Shown here piece by piece: positions 27,167 to 37,249 of a stretch of 64,000 bases of DNA. The translations under genes and the position numbers were made by a program. The DNA lies in contig CAVXWP010000017.1 in assembly GCA_963765495.1 (NCBI GenBank), forward strand, positions 1-64,000. Direction: 5' to 3'. Origin of the DNA: Blastocatellia bacterium (GTDB taxonomy: Bacteria; Acidobacteriota; Blastocatellia; UBA7656). The notes below the pieces were generated by a model, which saw only the letters and a program-made list of their open reading frames with translations, searched no databases and had not been told where the DNA came from. Positions within the stretch are counted from its first letter, which is position 1. Every line of letters starts with the position of its first letter.

Positions 27167-30049
27167 TCAAAACCTGAAGCTCAGCGAAGCTTCAATCCGG
27201 CGCGAAGCCTGCGCGCGGTTTGCGGTGCCAAAGAAAGGCGATGTCAACACTCCGTTAAACCCGGCGAGATTGACCGTATTAAAGAGGTTGCGCGTATTGA
27301 GGCTCAGGGTCAGGCTGTATTTCTGACGCGAGTCGCCGCCGCCTCCGCGTCCGCCCCTGCCACGGCCCCCTCTGCCCATACGCGAAAGCCGCCTGTTGAT
27401 TCGGGCCTGCTGCACCTGTTGATTAACGGCTCCCCTCGCCGAAAACCCTCGTTGCGGGCCAAACCCGAATGTCTTTGAAATATTCAGATTGACGCTCACC
27501 GACCCCGGTCCCTGCCCGAAGTTTCTCGGGATGATCTGATCGCCCGGCTGCGGGTTTGGATTAAAAACTCCGAATCGGGTGACGACGGCATCCGGGTCGC
27601 CCGGGCTCGCAAACGCGGGGCGGTCGCTAAAGAGCGTATCCTGATTATTGTCGCGCCCGGTTGTGATATTGAAAGGTCGCCCGGAATTCGCGTTTATATA
27701 AGGAGCAACCCTCAAATCCCACGGCAAACTGATCGACCCGCCTATGAAAAGCTGATGCCGGGCATCGCGGCTTGAACGCCCCCACTCCGGCCCGAGGTCG
27801 TAGGAGTTGGCAGGAGTTTGATACGCGCTATCGGTGTTGCTGTGCGTGGAAGAGAGCGTATACCGGCCAAACAGATTCACGCGACTGATATTTGTCCTGA
27901 ATCCGACCCAGAATTCGTGCCGGGTTGAAAGCCCGGTTGATTCGAATTCCAATACCGGCCCCTCATCCGAAAGCGGCTTTACTGGAATCTGTTCCTCTCC
28001 GACAAACAGGGGAGCGTTGACATTGCGCGTGCGCAAGAGATGAACCCCGCGAGTCCATGTGTATCCGGCAGAGGCAAAGATATTGGCGGGCAAGAGCCGC
28101 TCATAACTCGCCGTAGAGATAATAGAATACGGCGAGTTCAGGTGCTCGCCTTTCACGCGAATCGTAGGCTGTCGCCTGACAGCCCCTTCGAGCAGGTCGG
28201 GAATCCCGGGGAAAAAGCCGGGCTGCTGTATGACGAATTGCTGCTGCCGAAATCCATCCAGGCGCAGGGCATCGAGCGTGATCCCATCATCTATGTAATC
28301 GTAAAATATGCCCGCTCCAAATCTCAGCGTGCTCTTCCCTTTGCCGTCAGGTTGCCAAGCAATCCCAAACCTCGGCGCAAGGTTTAACTTGTCTTCGAGA
28401 TTGGTCTGAAACTCGTGCCTCAAGCCGTAAGAGAGAGTCATCCGTTTGGAAATGCGCCAGTCATCCTGCGCAAACCACCCCATCTCCCACTGCCTGACGC
28501 TCACAAAAGGATCGCCCCGCGCAATCAGGAATTGTGATGGTCGATAACCGGGCTCGCCTGCCAGTACCCGCCGATAAAGTTCAAGGGCCGAGATGGGAAT
28601 CTGATTTCCTCCCGCGTCAAGCACAGGTATCCCTGCGGAATCTCGCTCCACATCGGTCCCAAAAGTAAAGGTTCCGCCAAAGTTCGCCTGATTCAAAATC
28701 TCGTTGCTTTCCCCTTCGGCCCGCAACCCGAATTTGAATGCGTGCTTGCCGTATGTGTAGGTGAGATTATTTGAAAGCTCAACTTCGCGGCTCGTGTTGT
28801 CGGCAAACAGAGAACTCTGATTCCCACCCGAGCTGAATGCGTCCAGCACGATCAAGGCCGGAGCGTCCGTAATCGCGCGCGTCTGGCTTGCGCGGCGGCT
28901 CAGTTGCAGCCTGAATTCATTGACCGCGCGTTCCGAGGCTATCGTTGTCAGGTAAACCCTGAGCGAGCTATTGCTTGACGAGCGGTTGTAAGCCCGTTCC
29001 GGCAGATCGAATCCTCCGCTCAGCCCTTCGTTCAACTGCTCTCTTTTTGAATATCTGTATCGAACTCCGAGCGTGTTCTTAGGGTTTAAGAGATAGTCCG
29101 TCCTTAATGAAAAGCCGGTAGACCTTGTAGGCGTCAGCACCGTATCAACAAAGACATCGGGCTCAAGCGTGGCGGGGTTGAGTATCGTAGCGTTGACAAC
29201 CTCATTCTCGTCCTGTTCCCGGCGGTCGAGGCTCAGAAAGAATCCCCAGCGATTGCCTATTATCGGACCGCTCAGATGGCCGCTGTAGTTTCTCGTCTGT
29301 AACGGCGCGCGCGACGGGGCAAAGGCGTTGCGGGCATTGAGCGATTCGTCGTTGAAGTTGAAACGGAACCCCCCGTGGAATGCATCCGAGCCGGGTTTTG
29401 TGATTATCTCGATCCGGCTGTGGCCGGGTTCGTTAAACTCGGCAGAAAACGGATTCGTGTTCAACCTGACTCTGAGGATTGCTTCTTTGGGAGGGATATC
29501 GCCGCTTTCTCGAAAACCGTCCACATAAACAGAGGCCTCATCGTTGCCGCCCGTGGCTCCGGCCATCGCTCTCAGCGTTTCCAGCAACTCATCGGGATCA
29601 TCCGGCAGGGCCTCGAGATCGGTCTCTGTGAGAACAATCGCCGATAGGTTGCTTTCAGGCTCGGCCGATATTCCCGCCTCTTCATCGTTGACTTCGATCT
29701 CTTCCGAGATGAAGACTTTCAGCGACGCATCGACAGTAGCAGTCTGATTATTTGAGAGATCAACCTGCTGGCTGAATGGCGCAAAGCTTTCAAGCTCTAT
29801 CTTCATTGTATAAGGGCCCGGCGCGAGATTTGCGAATCGGTAACGACCAAGCTCATCGGTTTGAGTCGTGATCTTCTCTCCCCCGGGGTTTTCGAGCGTG
29901 ACCGAAACAGCGGGCATGAGACCGCCTGCTTCATCAGTCACGGTCCCGCGCAATTCAGCCCGATTTTGCGCACCGAATGATGCAAAGGATATGGATGGAT
30001 TTATTATTACAAGAAAGACGCTGAGCGCCAGCGCAATGCAGTTTTTCAT
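27167..30049 (-). CDS. TonB-dependent receptor-like outer-membrane protein with N-terminal carboxypeptidase-regulatory-like domain
   Basis: Signal peptide, GTVTDEAG, FAQDDWRI, APRFGIAW and C-terminal Phe. Confidence 0.85.
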   Translation of the reverse strand: MKNCIALALSVFLVIINPSISFASFGAQNRAELRGTVTDEAGGLMPAVSVTLENPGGEKITTQTDELGRYRFANLAPGPYTMKIELESFAPFSQQVDLSNNQTATVDASLKVFISEEIEVNDEEAGISAEPESNLSAIVLTETDLEALPDDPDELLETLRAMAGATGGNDEASVYVDGFRESGDIPPKEAILRVRLNTNPFSAEFNEPGHSRIEIITKPGSDAFHGGFRFNFNDESLNARNAFAPSRAPLQTRNYSGHLSGPIIGNRWGFFLSLDRREQDENEVVNATILNPATLEPDVFVDTVLTPTRSTGFSLRTDYLLNPKNTLGVRYRYSKREQLNEGLSGGFDLPERAYNRSSSNSSLRVYLTTIASERAVNEFRLQLSRRASQTRAITDAPALIVLDAFSSGGNQSSLFADNTSREVELSNNLTYTYGKHAFKFGLRAEGESNEILNQANFGGTFTFGTDVERDSAGIPVLDAGGNQIPISALELYRRVLAGEPGYRPSQFLIARGDPFVSVRQWEMGWFAQDDWRISKRMTLSYGLRHEFQTNLEDKLNLAPRFGIAWQPDGKGKSTLRFGAGIFYDYIDDGITLDALRLDGFRQQQFVIQQPGFFPGIPDLLEGAVRRQPTIRVKGEHLNSPYSIISTASYERLLPANIFASAGYTWTRGVHLLRTRNVNAPLFVGEEQIPVKPLSDEGPVLEFESTGLSTRHEFWVGFRTNISRVNLFGRYTLSSTHSNTDSAYQTPANSYDLGPEWGRSSRDARHQLFIGGSISLPWDLRVAPYINANSGRPFNITTGRDNNQDTLFSDRPAFASPGDPDAVVTRFGVFNPNPQPGDQIIPRNFGQGPGSVSVNLNISKTFGFGPQRGFSARGAVNQQVQQARINRRLSRMGRGGRGRGGRGGGGDSRQKYSLTLSLNTRNLFNTVNLAGFNGVLTSPFFGTANRAQASRRIEASLSFRF

Positions 30050-30386
30050 TTCTAAATGCCTTTCATTTTTTTAGCCTCCTGCACAAATGTTCCGGCTCAG
30101 AGACAAATTCCTATCTGCTTAGACACCCGAGCCGCCGTTGCGGTTACGCCTTATCGAAAAAAAATGCGGATTATTGCTCGATGAAAAATCTTGGTGACTT
30201 AGCATACCTCGCGACTTTGCGAGAAATAGACCCGCGCAAAGACGCAAAGTCGCAAAGTAGGCAAAGGTTTTCCTGAGAATTTTGTGACCCCGTATACTGC
30301 CTGATTGTCTGCACTTCATTCTGATCGCCACTTGACAACCCTTCGATTTAATGAGCTTATTAGTAACGCGCGTTAAGGAGAAATCT

Positions 30387-31370
30387 ATGAAGAAAAAAGA
30401 TGCTTTTCGAGTTTGGGGCCGCATATTACAGGGTCGCTATCCGCTCTTATCAATAGAAATCACCCGTGAATGCCCGCTGCGCTGCCCGGGCTGTTATGCC
30501 TATGAACCGGAGCATCTTCATCAGGTAGGACCACTCAGAAGCCTCGCCGATTTTAAGGGTCAGTCGCTTGTTGATCGCATCCTGGAACTTGTCGAACGCC
30601 ATCGCCCCGTCCATCTTTCCATAGTCGGCGGCGAACCGCTTGTTCGATTCAGAGAACTCGATATCGTGCTGCCGAAGTTGAGCGACATGGGCGTAGAGGT
30701 TCAGCTAGTAACAAGCGCCGTTCGTGAAATCCCGAAAGCGTGGAGCCAGATAAATGAACTTCACATAGTCGTCTCGATTGACGGCTTGCAGCCCGAGCAC
30801 GATGTCAGAAGAGCGCCTGCCACGTATGAGCGAATACTGAAAAGCATTCAGGGTCACTCGATCACTGTGCACTGCACGGTGACGGGCCAGATGGCTGACA
30901 AGCCGAATTATTTCGATGAGTTTCTGACCTTCTGGTCCGCAAGACCCGAGGTCAACAAGATATGGTTCAGCCTCTTCACTCCGCAAATCGAAGCCGAAGG
31001 GGAAGAGATACTTTCGCTTGAGGTGAAGAAGCGAATCCTGAAAGAGCTTGCCGGATTGCGCCCCAAGTTCGCCAAACTGGATTTGCCGAATTCCGTAATT
31101 CAAGGGTATCTCGATCCCCCGTTGACCCCGAAAGAGTGCATATTCGCAAGAACCACGTTGAACTTTACGGCCGACCTCAAGAGCAGAATTACCCCGTGTC
31201 AGTTTGGCGGCACACCCGATTGTACTCAATGCGGCTGCATCGCTTCGGCAGGGCTGAAGGCTGTGGGGGATTATCGTTTGATGGGGTTCGTGCCTCTGAA
31301 ATCCATCTTCAAGATGTCTGAACTCGTGGGTCAGGGGACAAACAAAGTTCTCAGAAGACAATTTGAATAA
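30387..31370 (+). CDS. Radical SAM protein
   Basis: CPLRCPGC, GGEP, SIDG and C-terminal PCQFGGTPDCTQCGC; AAGGAG before ATG 30387. Confidence 0.9.
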   Translation: MKKKDAFRVWGRILQGRYPLLSIEITRECPLRCPGCYAYEPEHLHQVGPLRSLADFKGQSLVDRILELVERHRPVHLSIVGGEPLVRFRELDIVLPKLSDMGVEVQLVTSAVREIPKAWSQINELHIVVSIDGLQPEHDVRRAPATYERILKSIQGHSITVHCTVTGQMADKPNYFDEFLTFWSARPEVNKIWFSLFTPQIEAEGEEILSLEVKKRILKELAGLRPKFAKLDLPNSVIQGYLDPPLTPKECIFARTTLNFTADLKSRITPCQFGGTPDCTQCGCIASAGLKAVGDYRLMGFVPLKSIFKMSELVGQGTNKVLRRQFE

Positions 31371-31404
31371 ATCGCTGTCGGGCTAACGCCTGCTCGACAG
31401 ACGC

Positions 31405-32244
31405 TCAATCCAGCTTGAAAATTCGTTTTGCATTCTGCCCGAGGAAAGCGGCTCGCGCTTCATCAGACAGGTCGAGCCCGCCGGTCTGCTCTACGCATTT
31501 CTCAAGTGAGAGTTGAGGAAAGTTCGTCCCGAACAATACCTTTTCCCTGCCATAAGTCTTCATGTAATGGACGAGTTGCGACGGGTAGTAGCGGGGCAAA
31601 TACGCCGAGGTATCGATAAAGACGTTCTCGTGTTTCCACGCGAGCCCTATCATCTCATCCGTCCACGGATAGCCTATGTGTCCGCCTACGATCTTCAATT
31701 CAGGAAACGTGAGCGCCACTTCATCGAGATAAGGGACCGGGCGGCCCGTCTCCGACGGCATAAGCGGCCCGGTATGTCCGACCTGCGTGCAAAACGGAAT
31801 ATCAAGCTCGATACATTTTACGTAGAGCGGAAAATATAGCCTGTCATTGGGCGGGAGTTTCCACAACCACGGGACCACACGCAGCGCCTTGAATCCAAGC
31901 TCGCTGACAGCGCGGTCAAGCTCGCGCACCGCTTCGACAGGCCGTTCGAGATTCACGGCGGCCACGCCCGCAAATCTGTCAGGAAATCGCCTTACGAGCG
32001 CGGCGACCTCATCGTTATGAATCACCCACTGGCCGGGGCGATGCCAGGCCGAAAGCAGCAGCATTTTTATGCCCGCTCTGTCCATCTGAGCGACGATCTG
32101 CTCAGGCGTGAGGCCCGTCTCAAGGATCTGCGCCGATCCCGATTGCCGAAAAAGCCGCGCTATCTCAGGCATCTTCTCGAAGGCATTGGCAAAAGTCGGT
32201 TGCGCCCATGCGTCGATCACTTCAAAGTCTGTTTGCGGTGCCAT
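31405..32244 (-). CDS. Amidohydrolase_2 family protein
   Basis: GGHIGYPW, FIDTSAY, VLFGTNFP. Confidence 0.9.
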   Translation of the reverse strand: MAPQTDFEVIDAWAQPTFANAFEKMPEIARLFRQSGSAQILETGLTPEQIVAQMDRAGIKMLLLSAWHRPGQWVIHNDEVAALVRRFPDRFAGVAAVNLERPVEAVRELDRAVSELGFKALRVVPWLWKLPPNDRLYFPLYVKCIELDIPFCTQVGHTGPLMPSETGRPVPYLDEVALTFPELKIVGGHIGYPWTDEMIGLAWKHENVFIDTSAYLPRYYPSQLVHYMKTYGREKVLFGTNFPQLSLEKCVEQTGGLDLSDEARAAFLGQNAKRIFKLD

Positions 32245-32276
32245 TTTACTCTTCTATTTGTGAGAAAAAAGAGGGC

Positions 32277-33092
32277 TCACTCGCTTTTCTGCTGCCACAA
32301 TTCCTCAAACAACCGCACGGTCGCGGGCGAATGCCCCGCGTAATGATTGTTGGCAAAAGCAAAGATCGAGACCCCGCGCCCGACAAGCTCACGGCAAATA
32401 TCCACCCATTCCTGCAACTCCCTGCTTCTGTCAATGATCGTCTTATCCCAGGTCTTGGTTTGCTCTTCTATACCTTTGCGGTCCCCAAGCCATCGAATAT
32501 ATGTGAAATCCGCTGTGATCGGGTCCAGCCGCTCAAATATCTCGTCGGGTCGTGGCATCCAGGAATGATCTATCAGCGCGAGCGCGATGTTGTGCTCTCC
32601 GAGTATTTCGACGAGGCGCGGCACTATCCAGCCGCGATTGCGAATCTCCACGGCAAAGCGATAGCCCGAAGGCAGGTCGCCCGTAAAGGCTTCGAGCCTG
32701 TCCAGGAATTCATCAGGCTTCGAAAACGCCTTCTTGTTGAAGTAGGGAAACTGGAACAACAGGGGACCAAGTTTTTCTTTGAGCGCATCCATCGTAGAGA
32801 GAAATCTTTTCAGGTCATATTCGCACCCGACAAGGACCCGCTCGTGAGTGATGACCTGCGGAATCTTGGCCGCGAAACAGAAATTGCCGGGCGTCTTTGC
32901 GTACCAGTTCTTGACCGTCTTCGGGTCGGGAGTTCTATACCACGTGCTGTCTATTTCTACGGTGTCGAAGTGCTGAGAGTAGTAGGCAAGATAATCGCCC
33001 GGTTCGAGGTCTGCGGGATAGAAAGTTCCCGGCCACCCGGCGGCGGTGAAAGCAGATGTTCCTAAGCGAATCTTTTCATCAATCATCAGCAA
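32277..33092 (-). CDS. DUF72 domain protein
   Basis: GTSAF, TVEIDSTWY, KIPQVITH, AVEIRN, FANNHYAG. Confidence 0.9.
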   Translation of the reverse strand: MLMIDEKIRLGTSAFTAAGWPGTFYPADLEPGDYLAYYSQHFDTVEIDSTWYRTPDPKTVKNWYAKTPGNFCFAAKIPQVITHERVLVGCEYDLKRFLSTMDALKEKLGPLLFQFPYFNKKAFSKPDEFLDRLEAFTGDLPSGYRFAVEIRNRGWIVPRLVEILGEHNIALALIDHSWMPRPDEIFERLDPITADFTYIRWLGDRKGIEEQTKTWDKTIIDRSRELQEWVDICRELVGRGVSIFAFANNHYAGHSPATVRLFEELWQQKSE

Positions 33093-33187
33093 TGTATTAT
33101 ATCACGCCTCTTATATCACGCCTCACGCTGAGTCATCGCAAAGCAGGGTTCTTTTGACAGGATTAACAGGATAAAAAAAGAATCCTG

Positions 33188-35083
33188 TCAAAGTTCGATT
33201 TGAATCCCAAGTTCGACAACCCGATCAGGCGGAATAGAGAAAAACGATGTCGCACCTCGGGCATTGCGCGACATCCAGCCAAACAGCTTTTCCCGCCATA
33301 TAGCCATGCCCTCACGCGGCGTTGCAAGCAATCGCTCGCGGCCCAGAAAATAGATCATCTCATCCGGGTTCCAATAAAACCCTGTCGCTTCTATGCTCGA
33401 TAGCGCCAGCGGGATATTCGGGTCCTCCATGAAACCATAGCGGACGATTACCCTGTAGAACCCGCCCTTGATACGGCTCACTTCGAGCCGTTCGTCTTCG
33501 GGGATGTGCGGCGCTTCTTCCGTCTCTACGGTCAGGATGATCGTCTGCTGGTGAATCACCTTGTTGTACTTGAAATTATTTCGCAGCGCGGGCGGCGTAA
33601 AATTTGAATTGCCGTACATGAAGACAGCCGTTCCCGGCACGCGGGCGGGCGATTCGGCTTCGACCTGCGCGATGAATTCCGACATCGGGATAGCCTTTTC
33701 CTGAAGGCGTTCGCCGAGGATTTGCCGCCCTTTTTTCCACGTAGTCATCAATATAAAAACACCAGCCGCGATTATCAACGGGAACCAGCCTCCGTGCGGT
33801 ACCTTGATTATATTCGCCCCGAAAAACGAGAGGTCAATCATAAGGAACAGTCCGCACAAAAGAATCGCCGGGGCCAGACCCCACTTCCAGCGACCCCGCG
33901 CCAGAACGTAAAACAGCACCGTCGTTATGACCATCGTCGTCGTTACCGCAACACCATAGGCGGCGGCTAGATTGCTCGAAGATTGAAATCCCAGCACAAG
34001 ACCTATGCAGGCCAGCATGAGCGCCCAGTTAACCAGGGGTATATATATCTGCCCCATCTCTGTCGAGGAAGTATGATCTATTCGAAGGCGCGGGCTGTAG
34101 CCAAGCTGTACCGCCTGCATAGTGAGCGAAAACGCGCCGGAGATAACCGCCTGCGACGCGATTACAGTAGCCGCAGTCGCCATAATCACCAGAGGATACA
34201 GGGCCCACCTGGGGGCCATCTGATAAAAAGGATTCGCCGCAGTCGCCGGATTGGCGATCAACAGCGCACCCTGGCCGAAGTAGTTCATCAAGAGAGCAGG
34301 CAAGACCAGTGAAAACCACGTCAGACGGATCGGTCGCCTCCCGAAATGCCCCATGTCGGCATAAAGCGCCTCGCCGCCCGTAACGACCAGGAATACCGCG
34401 CCCAGCACCAGAAAGCCGTGCCAGCCGTTGTGAATAAAAAACATTATTCCGTAATAGGGATTCACGGCAGCAAGCACGGAAGGCATCTGGAAGATGTGAT
34501 AGATGCCCAGAATTGCAAGTATGAAAAACCACACCAGTGTTACAGGTCCAAACACCGCGCCGACTCCGGCGGTGCCTTTGCGCTGAAACATGAAGAGCCC
34601 TATCAGAATAACTATGGTCAGAGGGATAACATAAGGCTCAAAAAATGGGGTTGCTACATTTAGCCCTTCCACCGCGCTCAATACGGAGATGGCCGGAGTG
34701 ATCATGCCGTCTCCATACAGCAGGGCCGCGCCGAACAGCCCCATCATTATGAGGAACCAGCGCCCTCCTCTGGCCTGCGCGCGCACCGGCGTCACAAGCG
34801 CCGCAAGCGCCAGTATTCCTCCTTCGCCCTTGTTGTCAGCCCTCAGGATAAACAACAGGTACTTGATCGATATGACTATGATCAAAGACCAGAAGATCAA
34901 TGACAGCACACCTAAGACATTATCGTGAGTAACATGTATGCCGTGCTCGCCGTAGAAGCATTCACGCATCGCATAGAGCGGGCTTGTGCCTATGTCGCCA
35001 TACACTACCCCGAGTGCTGTGAGTGAGAGCAGAAAAAGATACCGGCCCTGTGGCTCGGCGGAGTGTAAATTAGTTTTGGTCAA
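33188..35083 (-). CDS. kup: KUP/HAK/KT potassium transporter
   Basis: GVVYGDIGTSPLY, GDGMITPAISVLSAVEG, GGEALYADMGHFG. Confidence 0.97.
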   Translation of the reverse strand: MTKTNLHSAEPQGRYLFLLSLTALGVVYGDIGTSPLYAMRECFYGEHGIHVTHDNVLGVLSLIFWSLIIVISIKYLLFILRADNKGEGGILALAALVTPVRAQARGGRWFLIMMGLFGAALLYGDGMITPAISVLSAVEGLNVATPFFEPYVIPLTIVILIGLFMFQRKGTAGVGAVFGPVTLVWFFILAILGIYHIFQMPSVLAAVNPYYGIMFFIHNGWHGFLVLGAVFLVVTGGEALYADMGHFGRRPIRLTWFSLVLPALLMNYFGQGALLIANPATAANPFYQMAPRWALYPLVIMATAATVIASQAVISGAFSLTMQAVQLGYSPRLRIDHTSSTEMGQIYIPLVNWALMLACIGLVLGFQSSSNLAAAYGVAVTTTMVITTVLFYVLARGRWKWGLAPAILLCGLFLMIDLSFFGANIIKVPHGGWFPLIIAAGVFILMTTWKKGRQILGERLQEKAIPMSEFIAQVEAESPARVPGTAVFMYGNSNFTPPALRNNFKYNKVIHQQTIILTVETEEAPHIPEDERLEVSRIKGGFYRVIVRYGFMEDPNIPLALSSIEATGFYWNPDEMIYFLGRERLLATPREGMAIWREKLFGWMSRNARGATSFFSIPPDRVVELGIQIEL

Positions 35084-35272
35084 CGATTCTCCGTTCTCTT
35101 AACGAGAAATTTCAAAGTGAACCTTTTACTTCCTACCGACCCCGTATGTCAAATGCCGCGCCACGCGCGCAAAACCCGACACGCGCCCTTGCTCAACAAC
35201 GAAGACCTCTACACTTTACATTATTCTCCGGTCGAATGTCGGTCTCGATCAGGTCACAAGTCGTCGCTCGGA

Positions 35273-35875
35273 TCAGCTCTCCTTGTTTCTTATTTGCAAA
35301 TCGTTTTTGACATCAAAGACGCCAAAGACCGTGCGCGCACGCGTTTCGGCCAGTTGCTTGTCGAGTTGGGAATCAACCATACCTTTTAGCGTCACATGCC
35401 CGTTTTCAACCAGGATGTGAATGGTGTGCAGCGAACCTATACCATAGCGAAACAACGGCCCGCTGTAGATCGTGTAATAGAGGGCTTCACGCAGCCTGTC
35501 ATCGGAAGGCGAAGCGGGCAGAACCTCGATTCTATTGATCACATTCGTGACGCCTTCAACATCTTTAACCGCCTTCTCGGCCCTCGATTTCGTGTCGGGC
35601 GGTGAAACAACCTTGCCTCGCAAAACGACACTGCCATCCGATTTGACCTCATACTCGATCCAGTCAAATACATTGTAGTAAGGCAACGTCAACAATTCGT
35701 GACGCACTTCTCTGGCTATGCCCGCCACGGGAGATGTAGTATCCACCCGCCGGGTCGTTTGCCGCGTATAATTCTGGCTTCGCGCAACCGCTTTCGGCGC
35801 AATCATCGCCGGTATGAAACAGATCGGAAGTATAAGAACCACCAGTCTGGTCAACAGCTTCTTACAACTTTTCAT
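35273..35875 (-). CDS. BON-domain protein
   Basis: Signal peptide; two BON repeats (VVLRG...GVTNVINRI; VTLKG...GVFDVKNDL). Confidence 0.9.
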   Translation of the reverse strand: MKSCKKLLTRLVVLILPICFIPAMIAPKAVARSQNYTRQTTRRVDTTSPVAGIAREVRHELLTLPYYNVFDWIEYEVKSDGSVVLRGKVVSPPDTKSRAEKAVKDVEGVTNVINRIEVLPASPSDDRLREALYYTIYSGPLFRYGIGSLHTIHILVENGHVTLKGMVDSQLDKQLAETRARTVFGVFDVKNDLQIRNKES

Positions 35876-36090
35876 ATGCCTTTCTCTCCTTTCTTTTGAA
35901 TAACTTCATACGCCCGCGCCCTGACCGAGCCAGCGAAACATTCGTGAGATCGGATAGATGACATCGAACAGGTGTTCGCTATAGAGACAAGACATGTGGG
36001 AAAGTAAGACACTTCTCAATTTCCGACGCGTCTGTTCCCGCTCTAAGCGCGACATACTTATTATTAAACGCAAATGAAGTGCCAGCGATA

Positions 36091-36208
36091 AGCAGTAGGC
36101 AGTAGGCAGTAGGCAGTTATCGGAGTCGGGTACCACCCATTCATATGCATACCCGAGTCCTCGTTAGCAGTAGTCGTCAATTCAGTATCAACTGCCTACT
36201 GCCTACTA
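36091..36208. repeat. MITE-like element with GCAGTAG heptamer inverted ends
   Basis: (GCAGTAG)n-core-(CTACTGC)n; the core is homologous in reverse complement to that of 62868-62990. Confidence 0.8.
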
Positions 36209-37234
36209 TCAAGGTTTGGGAGTGATGTCAGGCGGCAGGGCTTGAATATCTTCCACACTATTGTTGTTGTTGCCGGACCTGGTCGCGACTACGGCAGTAG
36301 TAACTCCGGCTCCGGCGGCGGCGGCGATGATTGCGATAGTCGTTCCGCTTAATCCGCCCGCCGCTGAGCCGATGGAAACTGTCCCGGTCCACGTGGCGTT
36401 GGTTCCCTGTACGTTAGCGGTAATAGAATCCGCCCCCGGCACGTCTCCGGCCGTAAAGCTTGCGGTCGCCACTCCCTGCGCGTTGGTCGTCACCGTTACG
36501 CTTGATGCCGTAACCGATCCCGCGCTCAAAGTGCCGCCTCCTTTACCGCCGAGCGAGATGATCACAACCGCATCCGGCACGCGTCTGTCGTGTTCATCCG
36601 TGACCTGAAATTGAATCTGCCGGGTAGCGCGCGCCCTCACACTGAGCGTAGACCCGAGCCCTATCGGGCGAATGACATAATTGCGCTGTTGCGCCGGGGC
36701 ATCCTGCGCCACGCTTCCCTCTTCGGTTTCAAGAACGGCTTCCCCGTCTCGAACCTTTAATCTGAAGCTTGCGCCAGGGGATGCCGAAAAGGTCTCTCCG
36801 CCCGCTTCGATATAAGCGCCCGCGTCCTGTTTGAGCCTGATTGACATGTTCCCGCTCACAAGCGAGGCGATCAAAAAGAACCGGCTCGCATCGGTGTCAG
36901 ACGCGCCTCTGGCGCTTGTCAGCCTCACCAGGGAATGACCGGCCAGCGTTACCTCTCCGATTGATTCCAGCGAGACGTGCGCTCCCCGAGTACCGGCCCT
37001 GAGCATCTCTCCACCCCATAGGAATTCTTCACCACTGAATGCCCTCCCGTTAATCTCGATCTCGCCCACAGGCAACACCTGACCAATCGGACCCGCTGAG
37101 GCCGTGGCATAAAGCCGGAGCACTTTATCCTCTCCACCGCCTCCGGCAGCCCACCCGGTCCTGACCAGCAGGCCACAGGTCAATACCAGAACCATACACA
37201 GGCGAACTTGATAGCTGCTCGTTTTTATCATCAC
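36209..37234 (-). CDS. Secreted or membrane protein with Ig-like (Big_1-like) domain and hydrophobic C-terminus
   Basis: Signal peptide; VTTNAQGVATASF; C-terminal hydrophobic Ala/Gly stretch. Confidence 0.7.
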   Translation of the reverse strand: MMIKTSSYQVRLCMVLVLTCGLLVRTGWAAGGGGEDKVLRLYATASAGPIGQVLPVGEIEINGRAFSGEEFLWGGEMLRAGTRGAHVSLESIGEVTLAGHSLVRLTSARGASDTDASRFFLIASLVSGNMSIRLKQDAGAYIEAGGETFSASPGASFRLKVRDGEAVLETEEGSVAQDAPAQQRNYVIRPIGLGSTLSVRARATRQIQFQVTDEHDRRVPDAVVIISLGGKGGGTLSAGSVTASSVTVTTNAQGVATASFTAGDVPGADSITANVQGTNATWTGTVSIGSAAGGLSGTTIAIIAAAAGAGVTTAVVATRSGNNNNSVEDIQALPPDITPKP

Positions 37235-37249
37235 ATTCTCTCCTGTTTT

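Noticed and set aside
35084-35272. c-di-AMP riboswitch upstream of kup
   Set aside because: No ydaO consensus visible; only a TTGACA-type promoter candidate.
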